A stretch of 64,000 nucleotides of DNA from Vicinamibacterales bacterium. GTDB lineage: Bacteria > Acidobacteriota > Vicinamibacteria > Vicinamibacterales > 2-12-FULL-66-21. Positions within the stretch are counted from its first letter, which is position 1. Each line of letters begins with the position of its first letter. The stretch lies in NCBI GenBank assembly GCA_036278735.1, contig DASUKM010000055.1, forward strand, positions 64,683-128,682, in the 5' to 3' direction. Of the stretch, positions 28,051-37,393 are shown piece by piece. The translations under genes were made by a program, and so were the position numbers. The notes under the pieces were generated by a model, which was given only the letters and a program-made list of their open reading frames with translations, searched no databases and was not told the origin of the DNA.

Positions 28051-29351
28051 GATGCGCTTCCCGATCGATGGCCCCGGCGCCCGGGCCGCGGCGTCCCGGA
28101 CCCGCTCGTGGCCGTCCCAACCGGAGGATCCGCGAGGCTCGCGTCCGACGCCGCCGCCGGCCGCGGATTGACCTTCGCGCCCGGCGTGAGCCGCAGCTGT
28201 CCGTCGGTGACGACGGTTTCGCCGGGCGTCACGCCGCGGGCGATGATCGAATCCTCACCCTGCTGCCGCTGCACCGTCACGGAACGGTACTCCACCGTGT
28301 GATCCGGCTTCACGACGTAGACGTAGGTGCCCTGCTGCGAATTCTGGACCGCGCCGGACGGAATCACGATCGCGTGCGTCTGCGTGGTCAGGAGCAGCGT
28401 CACCTGCACGAACAACCCCGGCCAGAGGCTGTGATTGGTGTTCGCGAAGGTGCCTTTGAGCTTGATCGTGCCGGTGGTCGGATCGATCGCGTTGTCGATG
28501 AAGCTCACCGTGCCGACCGAATGTGGCCCCGTCGCGGCCCCTTCCACGTCTGGAGATTCGCTCGACGGCGGCGGCGCCTGCGAGCCCGGCAGCGTCGTCG
28601 ACGGGCTCCACGCCTGCACCTTGAGCGCCTTCTGCCCCTGGTAGTGCCGGATGTCGTTCAAGAAGCGGCCCGGCACCGAAAAGGTGACGTAAATCGGCGA
28701 CAGTTTGTTGATCACGACCATCGGGTTCGTGTCGTTGGCGCGAATCAAATCGCCGACGTGCACCATGAGAGCGCCCGTGCGCCCGTCGATCGGCGACACG
28801 ATCCGGGTGTATTCGAGATTGAGCTTGGCCTGCTCGACGGCGGCCTTGTCGGCGTTCAGCGTCTCCTGCAGAGACGCGTTGCTGGCTTCCTGCGCTTCGT
28901 ACTGGTCGCGCGGGAGGAGTCCGCGCTTGTACAGATCCGCGTACCGGGTGGCCTCGGCCTGCGAATTCTTGGCCTGCGCCGCGTCCTTGGCGAGCACGGC
29001 CTGGGCCTGCTGAAGCGACGCCTGGAAGGGACGCGCATCGATCGAGAACAGGAGCTGCCCCTTTCGGACGTCCTGCCCTTCGGAAAAATGGACGTCGCTG
29101 AGCTGGCCGGTGATCTGCGAGCGCAACTGGACGGTCGTGAAGGCCTCGGCCGTGCCGACGGCGTCGATCGTGACGGGCACGGCCCGGGAGGTGGCGACCG
29201 CCGTCACCACTGGCACGACCCCGCCGCCGCCCCGTCCGGCGCGTCCTCCCCGGCCGCTCCGCCCCGGGTCGGCGCTCTTGGCGGACGAGCAGGAAACGGC
29301 AAACAGCCCCAGAGCACAAACCGTGAGAATCCGCGGGATTTGGGTAGACAT
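28047..29351 (-). CDS. RND periplasmic adaptor (MdtA-like lipoprotein)
   Basis: Lipobox LFAVSC, FSEGQDVRKGQLLF, YTRIVSPIDG, IDPTTGT, LWPG, GETVVTDG. ATGA overlap with the permease. Confidence 0.9.
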   Translation of the reverse strand: MSTQIPRILTVCALGLFAVSCSSAKSADPGRSGRGGRAGRGGGGVVPVVTAVATSRAVPVTIDAVGTAEAFTTVQLRSQITGQLSDVHFSEGQDVRKGQLLFSIDARPFQASLQQAQAVLAKDAAQAKNSQAEATRYADLYKRGLLPRDQYEAQEASNASLQETLNADKAAVEQAKLNLEYTRIVSPIDGRTGALMVHVGDLIRANDTNPMVVINKLSPIYVTFSVPGRFLNDIRHYQGQKALKVQAWSPSTTLPGSQAPPPSSESPDVEGAATGPHSVGTVSFIDNAIDPTTGTIKLKGTFANTNHSLWPGLFVQVTLLLTTQTHAIVIPSGAVQNSQQGTYVYVVKPDHTVEYRSVTVQRQQGEDSIIARGVTPGETVVTDGQLRLTPGAKVNPRPAAASDASLADPPVGTATSGSGTPRPGRRGHRSGSAS

Positions 29352-29493
29352 TCGACGGAAAAAGGTATGCAAGGGTATAACGACGGCGGCCCGTCCGGCG
29401 TTTACCGCGTCGCTCGCGTGCCCCGGCGCCAGCCCATCCCTCGAGTGTAATCGAGCAGACACGCCGATGGGGGACGCGATATGGTGATCCGGT

Positions 29494-30591
29494 ATGGCTG
29501 TGCGACGCCTGCCTCTGTTCGGCGTCCTGGTGCTGCCCCTCCTGCTCGCGGGCTGCCACGGGTCGTCGCCGTCCACGTCGGCCGCCTCCGCCTCGGCCCC
29601 CCGGCCCAGTTCCGGACCGCTCGCGTACGTGTCGGACGAAACCGGGGGTCACGTCGTCGTCGTTGACGTCACCGCCCGAAGGGTGGCGTCCCGGATCGAT
29701 GTCGGGAAGCGTCCGCGCGGGATCGCGCTGTCGACCGACGGCGCGCGGCTGTTCGTGGCGCTGTCCGGCTCGCCCATTGCCGGGCCGGGGGTCGACGAGT
29801 CCCGGCTGCCCCCGGCAGACCGGACGGCCGACGGCATCGGCGTGGTCGATGTCGCGACCGGCAAATTGGTTCGGAAGTACCGCAGCGGTCAGGATCCCGA
29901 GACATTCGCGGTCTCCCCCGATGGGCACTTCCTGTATGTGTCCAACGAAGAGACGGCGGAGATGTCGGTGCTGGATCTCGACAGCGGTGACGTCCGGGCG
30001 CACGTGAAGGCCGGCTCGGAACCCGAAGGGGTCGCAGTGCGGCCCGGCGGCCACGAGATCTACGTCGACTGCGAAGCCGACAACGAAGTGGTCGTCGTGG
30101 ACGCGAAGAGCCACGCCGTCCTGGCCCGCATCGCGACCGCGGCGCGCCCCCGCGCGACCGTGTTCACGGCGGACGGCGCGACGGCGTTCGTCACGAGCGA
30201 AAACGGCGGATCGGTCGTGGTGATCGATGGCGGCACCCGCAAGGTAAAGAAGACGATCGCGATCCCACGGCCCCCGGATGCCCCGACCCCCGCCAGACCG
30301 ATGGGTGCGGTGCTCTCGCCCGACGGACGGCACGTGTTCGTCTCGCTCGGGCGCGCGAAGGCGGTCGCCGAGATCGACGTCGCCTCGCTTTCCGTCGTCC
30401 GCACGATCGACGACGTCGGCGCGCGGCCGTGGGGCATGGCCATCAGCGCCGACGGCCGTCGTCTGTACACGGCCAACGGGCCGTCGGGCGACGTCTCGAT
30501 CGTGGACGTCGCGCGCGGCCGGGTGGAGGGGCGCATCCGCGTCGGCGGCAGCCCGTGGGGTGTCGCGCTCGCCCAGCCCCCTCGCTCCTGA
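29494..30591 (+). CDS. YVTN/lactonase-type beta-propeller lipoprotein
   Basis: Lipobox LLAGC; repeats such as SPDGHFLYVSNE, SADGRRLYTANG, VGGSPWGV. Confidence 0.85.
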   Translation: MAVRRLPLFGVLVLPLLLAGCHGSSPSTSAASASAPRPSSGPLAYVSDETGGHVVVVDVTARRVASRIDVGKRPRGIALSTDGARLFVALSGSPIAGPGVDESRLPPADRTADGIGVVDVATGKLVRKYRSGQDPETFAVSPDGHFLYVSNEETAEMSVLDLDSGDVRAHVKAGSEPEGVAVRPGGHEIYVDCEADNEVVVVDAKSHAVLARIATAARPRATVFTADGATAFVTSENGGSVVVIDGGTRKVKKTIAIPRPPDAPTPARPMGAVLSPDGRHVFVSLGRAKAVAEIDVASLSVVRTIDDVGARPWGMAISADGRRLYTANGPSGDVSIVDVARGRVEGRIRVGGSPWGVALAQPPRS

Positions 30592-30600
30592 CGTTCGGGC

Positions 30601-31017
30601 CTATGTTCTTTCGTCGGGCTGAAGGCGGCCCGCCGCGGCCACGACCGCCCGCACGATCAGATCGAGATCGTACGGCTTGCCGACGATCTCGTACAACTGC
30701 TCATCGCTCCCCGCGATCTTCTGGACGTGCGCCGCATTGGTCGTCGTGACGACGAACTGGACGCCGGCGCAGACCGGCCGCGACCGAAAGTGCTCGAACA
30801 GCAGCCAGTTCTGCTCGTAGGGAATCGCGATGTCGTAGACGACGACCTTCGGCTGGTGCTCGAGCATGAAGGCGCGAAAGTCGAGCTTCCCATCGCGCAG
30901 GTAGTTCGTAAAGGCGGTCACGACGACGAAGCCGGCGTTCTCGAGGACGATCCGCAACAGATCGGTCGTGTCTTCGCTGGTATTGAGGACCGCGACGACG
31001 GCGGGCGGCTGCGGCAC
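30601..31017 (-). CDS. Atypical single-domain response regulator receiver protein
   Basis: C-terminal 138 aa of ORF 30601..33192: VAVLNTSED, PKVVVYDI (phospho-Asp position), VVTTT, GKPYDLDLI. Confidence 0.7.
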   Translation of the reverse strand: MPQPPAVVAVLNTSEDTTDLLRIVLENAGFVVVTAFTNYLRDGKLDFRAFMLEHQPKVVVYDIAIPYEQNWLLFEHFRSRPVCAGVQFVVTTTNAAHVQKIAGSDEQLYEIVGKPYDLDLIVRAVVAAAGRLQPDERT

Positions 31018-31028
31018 GTGGGATCGTG

Positions 31029-31044
31029 TGCAAGCGCAATGCCC
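31029..31044 (-). promoter_or_regulatory. Candidate sigma54 promoter
   Basis: GGGCATTGCGCTTGCA on the - strand (GG-N10-GC); GCAAGCGCAATG occurs twice on + (31030-31041, 31045-31056). Confidence 0.6.
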
Positions 31045-31082
31045 GCAAGCGCAATGGGGCGCGGCCCGCGGCGGTGGCCGCC

Positions 31083-31110
31083 GGAACTTCCCCGCCGCCG
31101 GCGACGTCAA
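31083..31110 (+). promoter_or_regulatory. Candidate ECF (sigmaE/RpoE-type) promoter
   Basis: GGAACTT-N16-GTCAA, 12 nt upstream of GTG 31123. Confidence 0.6.
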
Positions 31111-31122
31111 CGTTTCTCGACC

Positions 31123-33609
31123 GTGTCGCGCACGCTTCAGGATGTCCGCTTCGCCGCCCGCATGCTGCTGAAGGCGCCCGCCTTCAGCGTGGTGGCAGTC
31201 CTCGTGCTCGCCCTCGGGATCGGCGCCAACACGGCCATGTTCACGGTCGTCGATGCGCTGTTGTTCAAGCCGCTCGCCGGACGCGCCGGCGATCTGGTCG
31301 GACTCTACAGCCACGACCGGACGAAGCCGGATTCGTATCGCGCCTTCTCGTATCCCAATTACGTCGACATCCGCGACCGCGGCGGCGTGTTCGACGCGCT
31401 GATGGCGCACACGTTCGCGATGGTTGGTGTCGCCGCCGGCGACTCGACGCGCCAGGTCTTCGCCGACGTCGTCTCGTCGAACTACTTCGACACGCTCGGC
31501 GTAGGGCTGGCCGCGGGACGTCCGTTCTCGGCCGCGGAAGAGCGGCCGGGGGCGCGCCTGCCCGTCGCGATCGTCGGCCAGGATCGCGCCGGCCTGCTGG
31601 GACACACGCTGAAGATCGACGCTATCGATTTCACCGTCGTCGGCGTGGTGCCACAGGGCTTCACCGGAACGATGGCGTTGATCTCGCCAGGATTGTGGCT
31701 TCCGCTCGGCATGTACGGAGCGGTGGTGAACGATACGTTCAAGAACGACGGCAGCGGGCTCGAGAATCGCGCCAACGCGGGCCTGATTGTCGCCGGACGC
31801 CTTCCCCCGGGCGAGACGACGGCCGCGGCGTCCGCGCGGCTCGAGGCGGTCTCGCGCCAGCTGGCGGAGGCGTACCCCGCCGACAACCACGATCAGCTCC
31901 TCACGATCAGCACGCTGCCCAGGCTGTCGACGAGTACGTCGCCGCAAACCGATACCGGCGCCGGGATCGGCGCCGCCATGCTGATGGCCATGGCGGGCGT
32001 CGTGCTGCTCATCGCGTGCCTGAACATCGCCAACATGCTGATGGCGCGCGGCGCGGGGCGCCGCAGGGAGATCGCGATCCGGATCGCGGTCGGCGGCGGA
32101 CGCGGCCGGATCGTGCGACAACTGCTGACGGAGGGCCTGCTGCTCGCGCTCGCCGGCGCCGGCGCCGGGCTGCTGCTCGGCAACTGGGCGACCATCGCGC
32201 TCGTGCACTCCTTCCAGGCGGTGCTGCCGCTGTCGGTGCAGTTCGACGCGCGGCCGGACCTCACCGTGCTGGCCGCCACCGTCGGGTTCGCGATCGCGGC
32301 GACGATGGTGTTCGGCCTCGGCCCCGCGCTGCAGATGTCGCGCGGCAACGTGATCGCGGATCTGAAGGCGACGGCGGAGGGGACGGCCGGCCGGCTCGGG
32401 CGCTGGTTCACGGGACGCAACCTGCTCGTCGTCGGACAGATTGCGCTGTCGCTGATGCTGCTGTGCGCCGGCGGGCTGTTCGCGCGCGGTGCGCTGCAGG
32501 CCGCCGCCGCCACGCCGGGGTTCAGCTACGACGGCCAACTGCTGGTCCAGACCGATCCGGCCCTCGTGCAGTACGACGAGGCGGCCGGCCGCGCGGTGTA
32601 CGGGCGGCTCCTCGAGCGCGTACGCGCGACGCCGGGCGTCGCTTCGGCGTCGCTCGCCTCGAGCGTCCCCTTCGGCGACTTCCACGACGGGCGGTCGCTC
32701 GAGCGCGTCGGCGGCGGGGTCCGCCCGCCGGTGTCGGGCGTGTACCGGATCGTCGGGGCGGACTATTTTCGAACGTTGAACCTCCCGATGATTCGCGGGC
32801 GCGAGTTCACCGCGGCGGAAGAAACCTCGGCGGCCGCGCCGCGCGTCGCCGTCATCGACGAGCGGCTCGCGCAGAAGCTCTTCGGCGCCGAGAACCCGCT
32901 GGGGCAGATGATCCGGTTCGCCGATACGCCGGGCGCCGAACGGCGGCCCGATCGCAACCCGATGGAAGTCGTGGGCATCGCGGCGCCCATTCGCGACGAA
33001 TTGTTCGATCGGCTGGCGGGGCCGGCGATTTACGTCCCCTTCGGACGCCGCTATCAATCGGCGATGAGCCTGCACGTGCGCGCGTCGCGCGCCGCGACCG
33101 AAGCCGCGGTGCTCGATCGCGTGCGGCGCGACGTGGGCGCCGTCGATTCGCGGCTGCCCGTCCTCCGCGCCACCAGTTTGCAGGACTTCCACGATCGCAG
33201 TCTGTCGCTGTGGATGGTGCAGGCCGGGGGGCGGCTGTTCATGACGTTCGGCCTGCTCGCCCTCGCACTGGCCGTCGTCGGGCTCTACGGGGTCAAGTCG
33301 TACCTCGTCTCGCGACGCACGCGCGAGATCGGCGTCCGCATGGCGCTCGGGGCGCGGCCGGGCGACGTGCTGCGCATGGTGCTCACCGAAGGGGCGGCGC
33401 TCTCGGCAGTCGGCATCGCCGTCGGGCTGCCGCTCGCCGCGCTGATGGGAAAGCTGTTGAGCAGCGCCCTGTATCGGGTGCAGCCGCTCGATCCCTTCGT
33501 CTTCACGGTCGCGCCGGTGCTGCTGGCCGTGGCCGCCATGCTCGCCACGTGGGTCCCCGCGCGCCGCGCGACGCGGGTGCTGCCGCTGAGCGCCCTGCGC
33601 GAGCAGTGA
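31123..33609 (+). CDS. Duplicated MacB/FtsX ABC permease (acidobacterial ADOP-like orphan permease)
   Basis: LQDVRFAARML.K.P.F, LALGIGANTAMF, VLLIACLNIANM, RRREIAIR, VSRRTREIGVRMALGA, PARRATRV; no adjacent ATPase. Confidence 0.92.
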   Translation: MSRTLQDVRFAARMLLKAPAFSVVAVLVLALGIGANTAMFTVVDALLFKPLAGRAGDLVGLYSHDRTKPDSYRAFSYPNYVDIRDRGGVFDALMAHTFAMVGVAAGDSTRQVFADVVSSNYFDTLGVGLAAGRPFSAAEERPGARLPVAIVGQDRAGLLGHTLKIDAIDFTVVGVVPQGFTGTMALISPGLWLPLGMYGAVVNDTFKNDGSGLENRANAGLIVAGRLPPGETTAAASARLEAVSRQLAEAYPADNHDQLLTISTLPRLSTSTSPQTDTGAGIGAAMLMAMAGVVLLIACLNIANMLMARGAGRRREIAIRIAVGGGRGRIVRQLLTEGLLLALAGAGAGLLLGNWATIALVHSFQAVLPLSVQFDARPDLTVLAATVGFAIAATMVFGLGPALQMSRGNVIADLKATAEGTAGRLGRWFTGRNLLVVGQIALSLMLLCAGGLFARGALQAAAATPGFSYDGQLLVQTDPALVQYDEAAGRAVYGRLLERVRATPGVASASLASSVPFGDFHDGRSLERVGGGVRPPVSGVYRIVGADYFRTLNLPMIRGREFTAAEETSAAAPRVAVIDERLAQKLFGAENPLGQMIRFADTPGAERRPDRNPMEVVGIAAPIRDELFDRLAGPAIYVPFGRRYQSAMSLHVRASRAATEAAVLDRVRRDVGAVDSRLPVLRATSLQDFHDRSLSLWMVQAGGRLFMTFGLLALALAVVGLYGVKSYLVSRRTREIGVRMALGARPGDVLRMVLTEGAALSAVGIAVGLPLAALMGKLLSSALYRVQPLDPFVFTVAPVLLAVAAMLATWVPARRATRVLPLSALREQ

Positions 33610-33630
33610 TCGGCACGCCGCCCGACGACG

Positions 33631-36078
33631 CTACGGCGCCTTCGGGGTCGCGCGTTCGGGGTGCAGGTGCTCGCGGAAGAACGCATCGACGCGATGCCAG
33701 GCGTCGCGCACCACGAAGCTCCTGTCGAAATAATGGAACTCCCCGGGGTACATCATGAAGGTGAGCAGATCCCCCTTGCCCGCCTTCAGCATCGCGTCGA
33801 CCAGGAGCGCCGATTCGATGAACGGCACGTTGACGTCGGCCGTCCCGGCCAGCACCAGCAGCGGATGCTGGATCTGGTCGACGTGCGCCATCGGATCCGC
33901 CTTGGCATAGACGTCGGGATGCTCCTCGGGGGTGCCGATCCGGCTCGTCGTCCAGCCGCCGTGATAGGGGTCCTCGTAATAGAGGTGATAGTCGGTCACC
34001 CCCGCCACGTCCACCGCGGCCTGGAACCACGTCGGCTGCTGCGTCACCGCCAGCAGCGTAAAGAAGCCGCCGTAGCTCAGTCCCCAGACGCCAACGCGGT
34101 CCGGATCGACGTAGCCGAGCGTCTTCAGGTACGTGTACGCCATGCGCGCGTCTTTGGCGTCGTTGCCGCCGACGTCCATGTACACGTCGTTCCGCCAGTC
34201 GCGGCCGTACCCGATGCTGCCGCGATAGTCCGGCGCGATGACGACGTAGCCTTGCTGCAGCAGGTACTGGTGGAACTCGTAATACACCGCCTCGTTGCGA
34301 TCGGTGTGCCAGCCGTCGTAGTTCTGGTTCACGCCGTCGGGATGGATCCACACGATGGCGGGATGCGCCCTGGTGCGATCGAGATGCTTCGGCACGAACA
34401 GCCAGGCCGGCACGGACTTGCCGTCCGGGCCCGGATAGTGCACGAGCTGCGGCGCGACGAAGATCGAATGATCGATGCTCGACGGCATCGACGACGTCAA
34501 GCGCGTGGGGGTCGCGTGCGCCGCGGCATCGGCGACGTACAGGTCCGCCGAGTTCCGCGCGTCGGTATGCTGGAAGAGCAGGCGCCGGTCGCCGGGGGAC
34601 CACTGCGGCGACGTGTTCGTCCCCTGTCCTGACGTCACGGTCGTGATCGTGGCCTGCGCGGGATCGTCGGTGAAGGTCGCGAACTGGATCTGGCGATCGC
34701 CGGGCGCGTCGGCCGTGTTGGCGTCCCACGCGATGTGATGGCTGTCGTGAGACCAGACGGCGCGCCAGTGCTCGCCGCGCGCCTTCGTGATCGGCACCGG
34801 CTGCCCGCCCGAGGTGGGCATCACGTAGATCTCGTCCCAGCCGGTCTCGTCGGTCGTGAAGAGCAGCCAGCGATGGTCGGGCGAGATCGCGGAGACGGTG
34901 GTGTTGACGGCGCTGAAGAACTTGTCTTCGGTCTCGCGGTGAAGCACCTTCGGCGCGCCGCCGTCGACGTCGACCGATTCGCTGGTGCGCGTCTTGTTGT
35001 CGTTCGACGCGCGCATCGAGAGCAGGTGCGTCGCGTCGAGCCAGTTCCCGCCGCCGCGGCCGAACCCGAATCCACGGCCGGCGCCTTCGGCCAGCGGTCG
35101 GGGCGCGCCGCCGGCCGCCGGCACCGCGAACGCGTCGCCGGCTTCCCTCGTGCGCTCCGTGCTGACGAAGACGATCTTGTTGCCGATGTCGGGCGGCGAG
35201 GTGTAGTGCGGAATCACGCCGCCACCGGCGCCCGTGGTGTACGTGAGGGTGGCCCCATCGGGCGACCAGGAGACGCCGCCGAGCGGGCCGTTCGCTTTCA
35301 CGATCGTCGCCTGCGTCCCGGCCGCGAGGTCGGCGACGACGAGGGCCGCCGAGACGTCGGCGGGGGCCGGACGGCCGCCGCGCGCATCCGGCCCGATCGC
35401 ACCGCGTCCACGTCCACGGCCGCGCCCACCGCCGCCGGTTTCGATCACGTAGGCCAGGCGCGCGCCGTCGGGCGACCAGCTGATTGAACCGATCGACGCG
35501 CCGTCGACGTGCGCCACGTGCTGATCCCGCTTCGCCGCGACCTCGTGCACGATCAGATCGGCGCCGCGCGCGATGGAGGCGTCCGCGCTGCCGGAGGCCG
35601 GCGGCTCCGGCGCGCCTCTTCGGCCGCCGCGCCCGCGTCCGCCACCCTGACCCGTGATGAACGCCACGCGCGTCCCGTCCGGCGCCAGGGTAAAGCTCGC
35701 CGCGTGTTCGGCCGACGGCCAGGCCGTCTGCGGGGTACCGCCGGTCACCGGCACCGCGAGCAGGCCGCCGCCGCGCGGGAAGAAGAACGTCTGGCCGTCA
35801 TGGCTCCAGAAACCACCCGCGCCGGACTGGTCGTCGGGATAGTTCGTGAGCGCCACCGGCTGGCCGCTTCCATCAGCCGCCGCCACCCACACGTTGTTCA
35901 CCCCCCCATCGTCATACGTGAACCAGACGTGGCGGCCGTCGGGCGTCCACTGGTGCCCGGACGGATGCTTGATCTGGACGAGTTGATCGATGGTGAGCCG
36001 GGGCACCGGCGCCTGCGCCATCGCGAGCAGGGCGACGGCCGCGAGAGCACCGAACGAGAAGAATCTGCGCGCATGCAT
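33631..36078 (-). CDS. Secreted S9C (acylaminoacyl peptidase-like) serine peptidase with PD40 repeats
   Basis: Signal peptide, WSPDG repeats, DYRGSIGYG, GLSYGG, DVNVP, EFHYF. Confidence 0.9.
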   Translation of the reverse strand: MHARRFFSFGALAAVALLAMAQAPVPRLTIDQLVQIKHPSGHQWTPDGRHVWFTYDDGGVNNVWVAAADGSGQPVALTNYPDDQSGAGGFWSHDGQTFFFPRGGGLLAVPVTGGTPQTAWPSAEHAASFTLAPDGTRVAFITGQGGGRGRGGRRGAPEPPASGSADASIARGADLIVHEVAAKRDQHVAHVDGASIGSISWSPDGARLAYVIETGGGGRGRGRGRGAIGPDARGGRPAPADVSAALVVADLAAGTQATIVKANGPLGGVSWSPDGATLTYTTGAGGGVIPHYTSPPDIGNKIVFVSTERTREAGDAFAVPAAGGAPRPLAEGAGRGFGFGRGGGNWLDATHLLSMRASNDNKTRTSESVDVDGGAPKVLHRETEDKFFSAVNTTVSAISPDHRWLLFTTDETGWDEIYVMPTSGGQPVPITKARGEHWRAVWSHDSHHIAWDANTADAPGDRQIQFATFTDDPAQATITTVTSGQGTNTSPQWSPGDRRLLFQHTDARNSADLYVADAAAHATPTRLTSSMPSSIDHSIFVAPQLVHYPGPDGKSVPAWLFVPKHLDRTRAHPAIVWIHPDGVNQNYDGWHTDRNEAVYYEFHQYLLQQGYVVIAPDYRGSIGYGRDWRNDVYMDVGGNDAKDARMAYTYLKTLGYVDPDRVGVWGLSYGGFFTLLAVTQQPTWFQAAVDVAGVTDYHLYYEDPYHGGWTTSRIGTPEEHPDVYAKADPMAHVDQIQHPLLVLAGTADVNVPFIESALLVDAMLKAGKGDLLTFMMYPGEFHYFDRSFVVRDAWHRVDAFFREHLHPERATPKAP

Positions 36079-36123
36079 GCGACACCCTAATCCTTGTGCC
36101 GGAGCGACTTCAACAGGCTGGTC

Positions 36124-36147
36124 GTCAGGGCTGAAGCCCTGACCCAC
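36124..36147 (-). repeat. 24-nt REP-type palindrome (GTGG variant)
   Basis: GTGG-GTCAGGGC-TTCA-GCCCTGAC on the - strand; same geometry as the 14571 REP; degenerate neighbour at about 36157-36177. Confidence 0.75.
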
Positions 36148-36231
36148 AAAGAGCGTGGATGGGCTGACGACCCGTCCTCGAACGGTGACACATCTGCAAA
36201 GAACAAGATCTGACCCCGGTATAATCGCCGC

Positions 36232-37350
36232 ATGTGGCGCGCGATTGGTTTCGCGATGGTGCTCGCGGCGCTGGCCGCGTCCGGAGGACAGCGGCCGCGT
36301 GCGCGGGATCTCGGCATCGCGCCAGGGCGGCTCGATCCGGGGCCGCTCAACGCCATCACCGATGTGACGGGCGTCAAGGTGGGACAGGTCACGATCGTCG
36401 AAGGCGAGACGGTGCGGACGGGCGTGACCGCGATCCTGCCGCATGGCGGCAACCTGTTCCAGGAGAAAGTGCCGGGCGCCGTGTTCGTCGGCAACGCGTT
36501 CGGCAAGCTGGCTGGCTCGACCCAGGTGACCGAGCTGGGCACGATCGAGACCCCCATCGTGCTCACGAACACGCTCTCGGTCGGGACCGCGGTCGACGCG
36601 GTCGTGCGGTGGACGCTCGCGCAGCCCGGCAACGAACAGGTCCGATCGGTGAACGCGGTCGTCGGCGAGACGAACGACGGCACGCTCAACGACATCCGCG
36701 GCCTCCACGTCACGCGCGAGCACGTGATCGCGGCCATCGATGCCGCAAAGCCGGGGCCCGTCGCGGAAGGGGCGATCGGCGCCGGCACGGGCACGATCGC
36801 CTTCGGCTGGAAGGGGGGCATCGGGACGTCGTCGCGCCGCGTGCGCGCCGGCGGCCGCGAGTGGACGGTCGGCGTGCTGGTGCAGACGAACTATGGCGGC
36901 CGGCTCGTGATTGACGGCGTGCCGATCTGGAAGACCCTGAGCCCCGCGCGCCCGGGATCGCGCCAGCCGGCGCCGACGGCGGACGGTTCCTGCATGATCG
37001 TCGTCGCCACCGACGCCCCGCTCGACGCGCGCGATCTGAAGCGGCTCGCCGCGCGCGGCGTCTTCGCGCTCGCGCGCACCGGATCCACGTACTCGAACGG
37101 CAGCGGCGACTTTGCCATCGCCTTCTCGACCGATCCGTCGCTCCGCGTCACGAACGCCTCCGGACCGCAGCCCCGGACGGTACTGCCGACCGACGATGTG
37201 TCTCCGCTGTTCGAGGCGGTGCTCGACGCGACGGAGGAGGCGGTCGACAATTCCCTGCTGCAAGCCACCGACGTGACCGCCAACGGCCGCACGATCCGCG
37301 CGCTCCCGATCGAAGCGGTGAAGGCGCTGCTGAAACAGTACGGACGCTGA
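36232..37350 (+). CDS. Peptidase S58 / DmpA-like L-aminopeptidase/D-esterase
   Basis: RARDLGI..G..GPLNAITDV.GVKVG, GAGTG, GWKGGIGTSSR, autocleavage DG/SC.IVVATDAP, NGSGD. Confidence 0.92.
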   Translation: MWRAIGFAMVLAALAASGGQRPRARDLGIAPGRLDPGPLNAITDVTGVKVGQVTIVEGETVRTGVTAILPHGGNLFQEKVPGAVFVGNAFGKLAGSTQVTELGTIETPIVLTNTLSVGTAVDAVVRWTLAQPGNEQVRSVNAVVGETNDGTLNDIRGLHVTREHVIAAIDAAKPGPVAEGAIGAGTGTIAFGWKGGIGTSSRRVRAGGREWTVGVLVQTNYGGRLVIDGVPIWKTLSPARPGSRQPAPTADGSCMIVVATDAPLDARDLKRLAARGVFALARTGSTYSNGSGDFAIAFSTDPSLRVTNASGPQPRTVLPTDDVSPLFEAVLDATEEAVDNSLLQATDVTANGRTIRALPIEAVKALLKQYGR

Positions 37351-37393
37351 TCCCTCGATCCAGGCCTCTGCTAGGATGAGCGGAGGGGGCCGC

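Noticed and set aside
24575..28302. Long alternative ORFs (24575..28120 -, 25669..28302 +)
   Set aside because: Off-frame or antisense shadows of the RND permease with no recognisable motifs.
31018..33192. N-terminal 725 aa of ORF 30601..33192
   Set aside because: Antisense to the ADOP-like permease; only the last 138 aa look like a real protein.
36104..36205. Possible IS/MITE end (CAGCCTGTTGAAG on the - strand) around the REP
   Set aside because: No convincing partner inverted repeat, target duplication or transposase visible.
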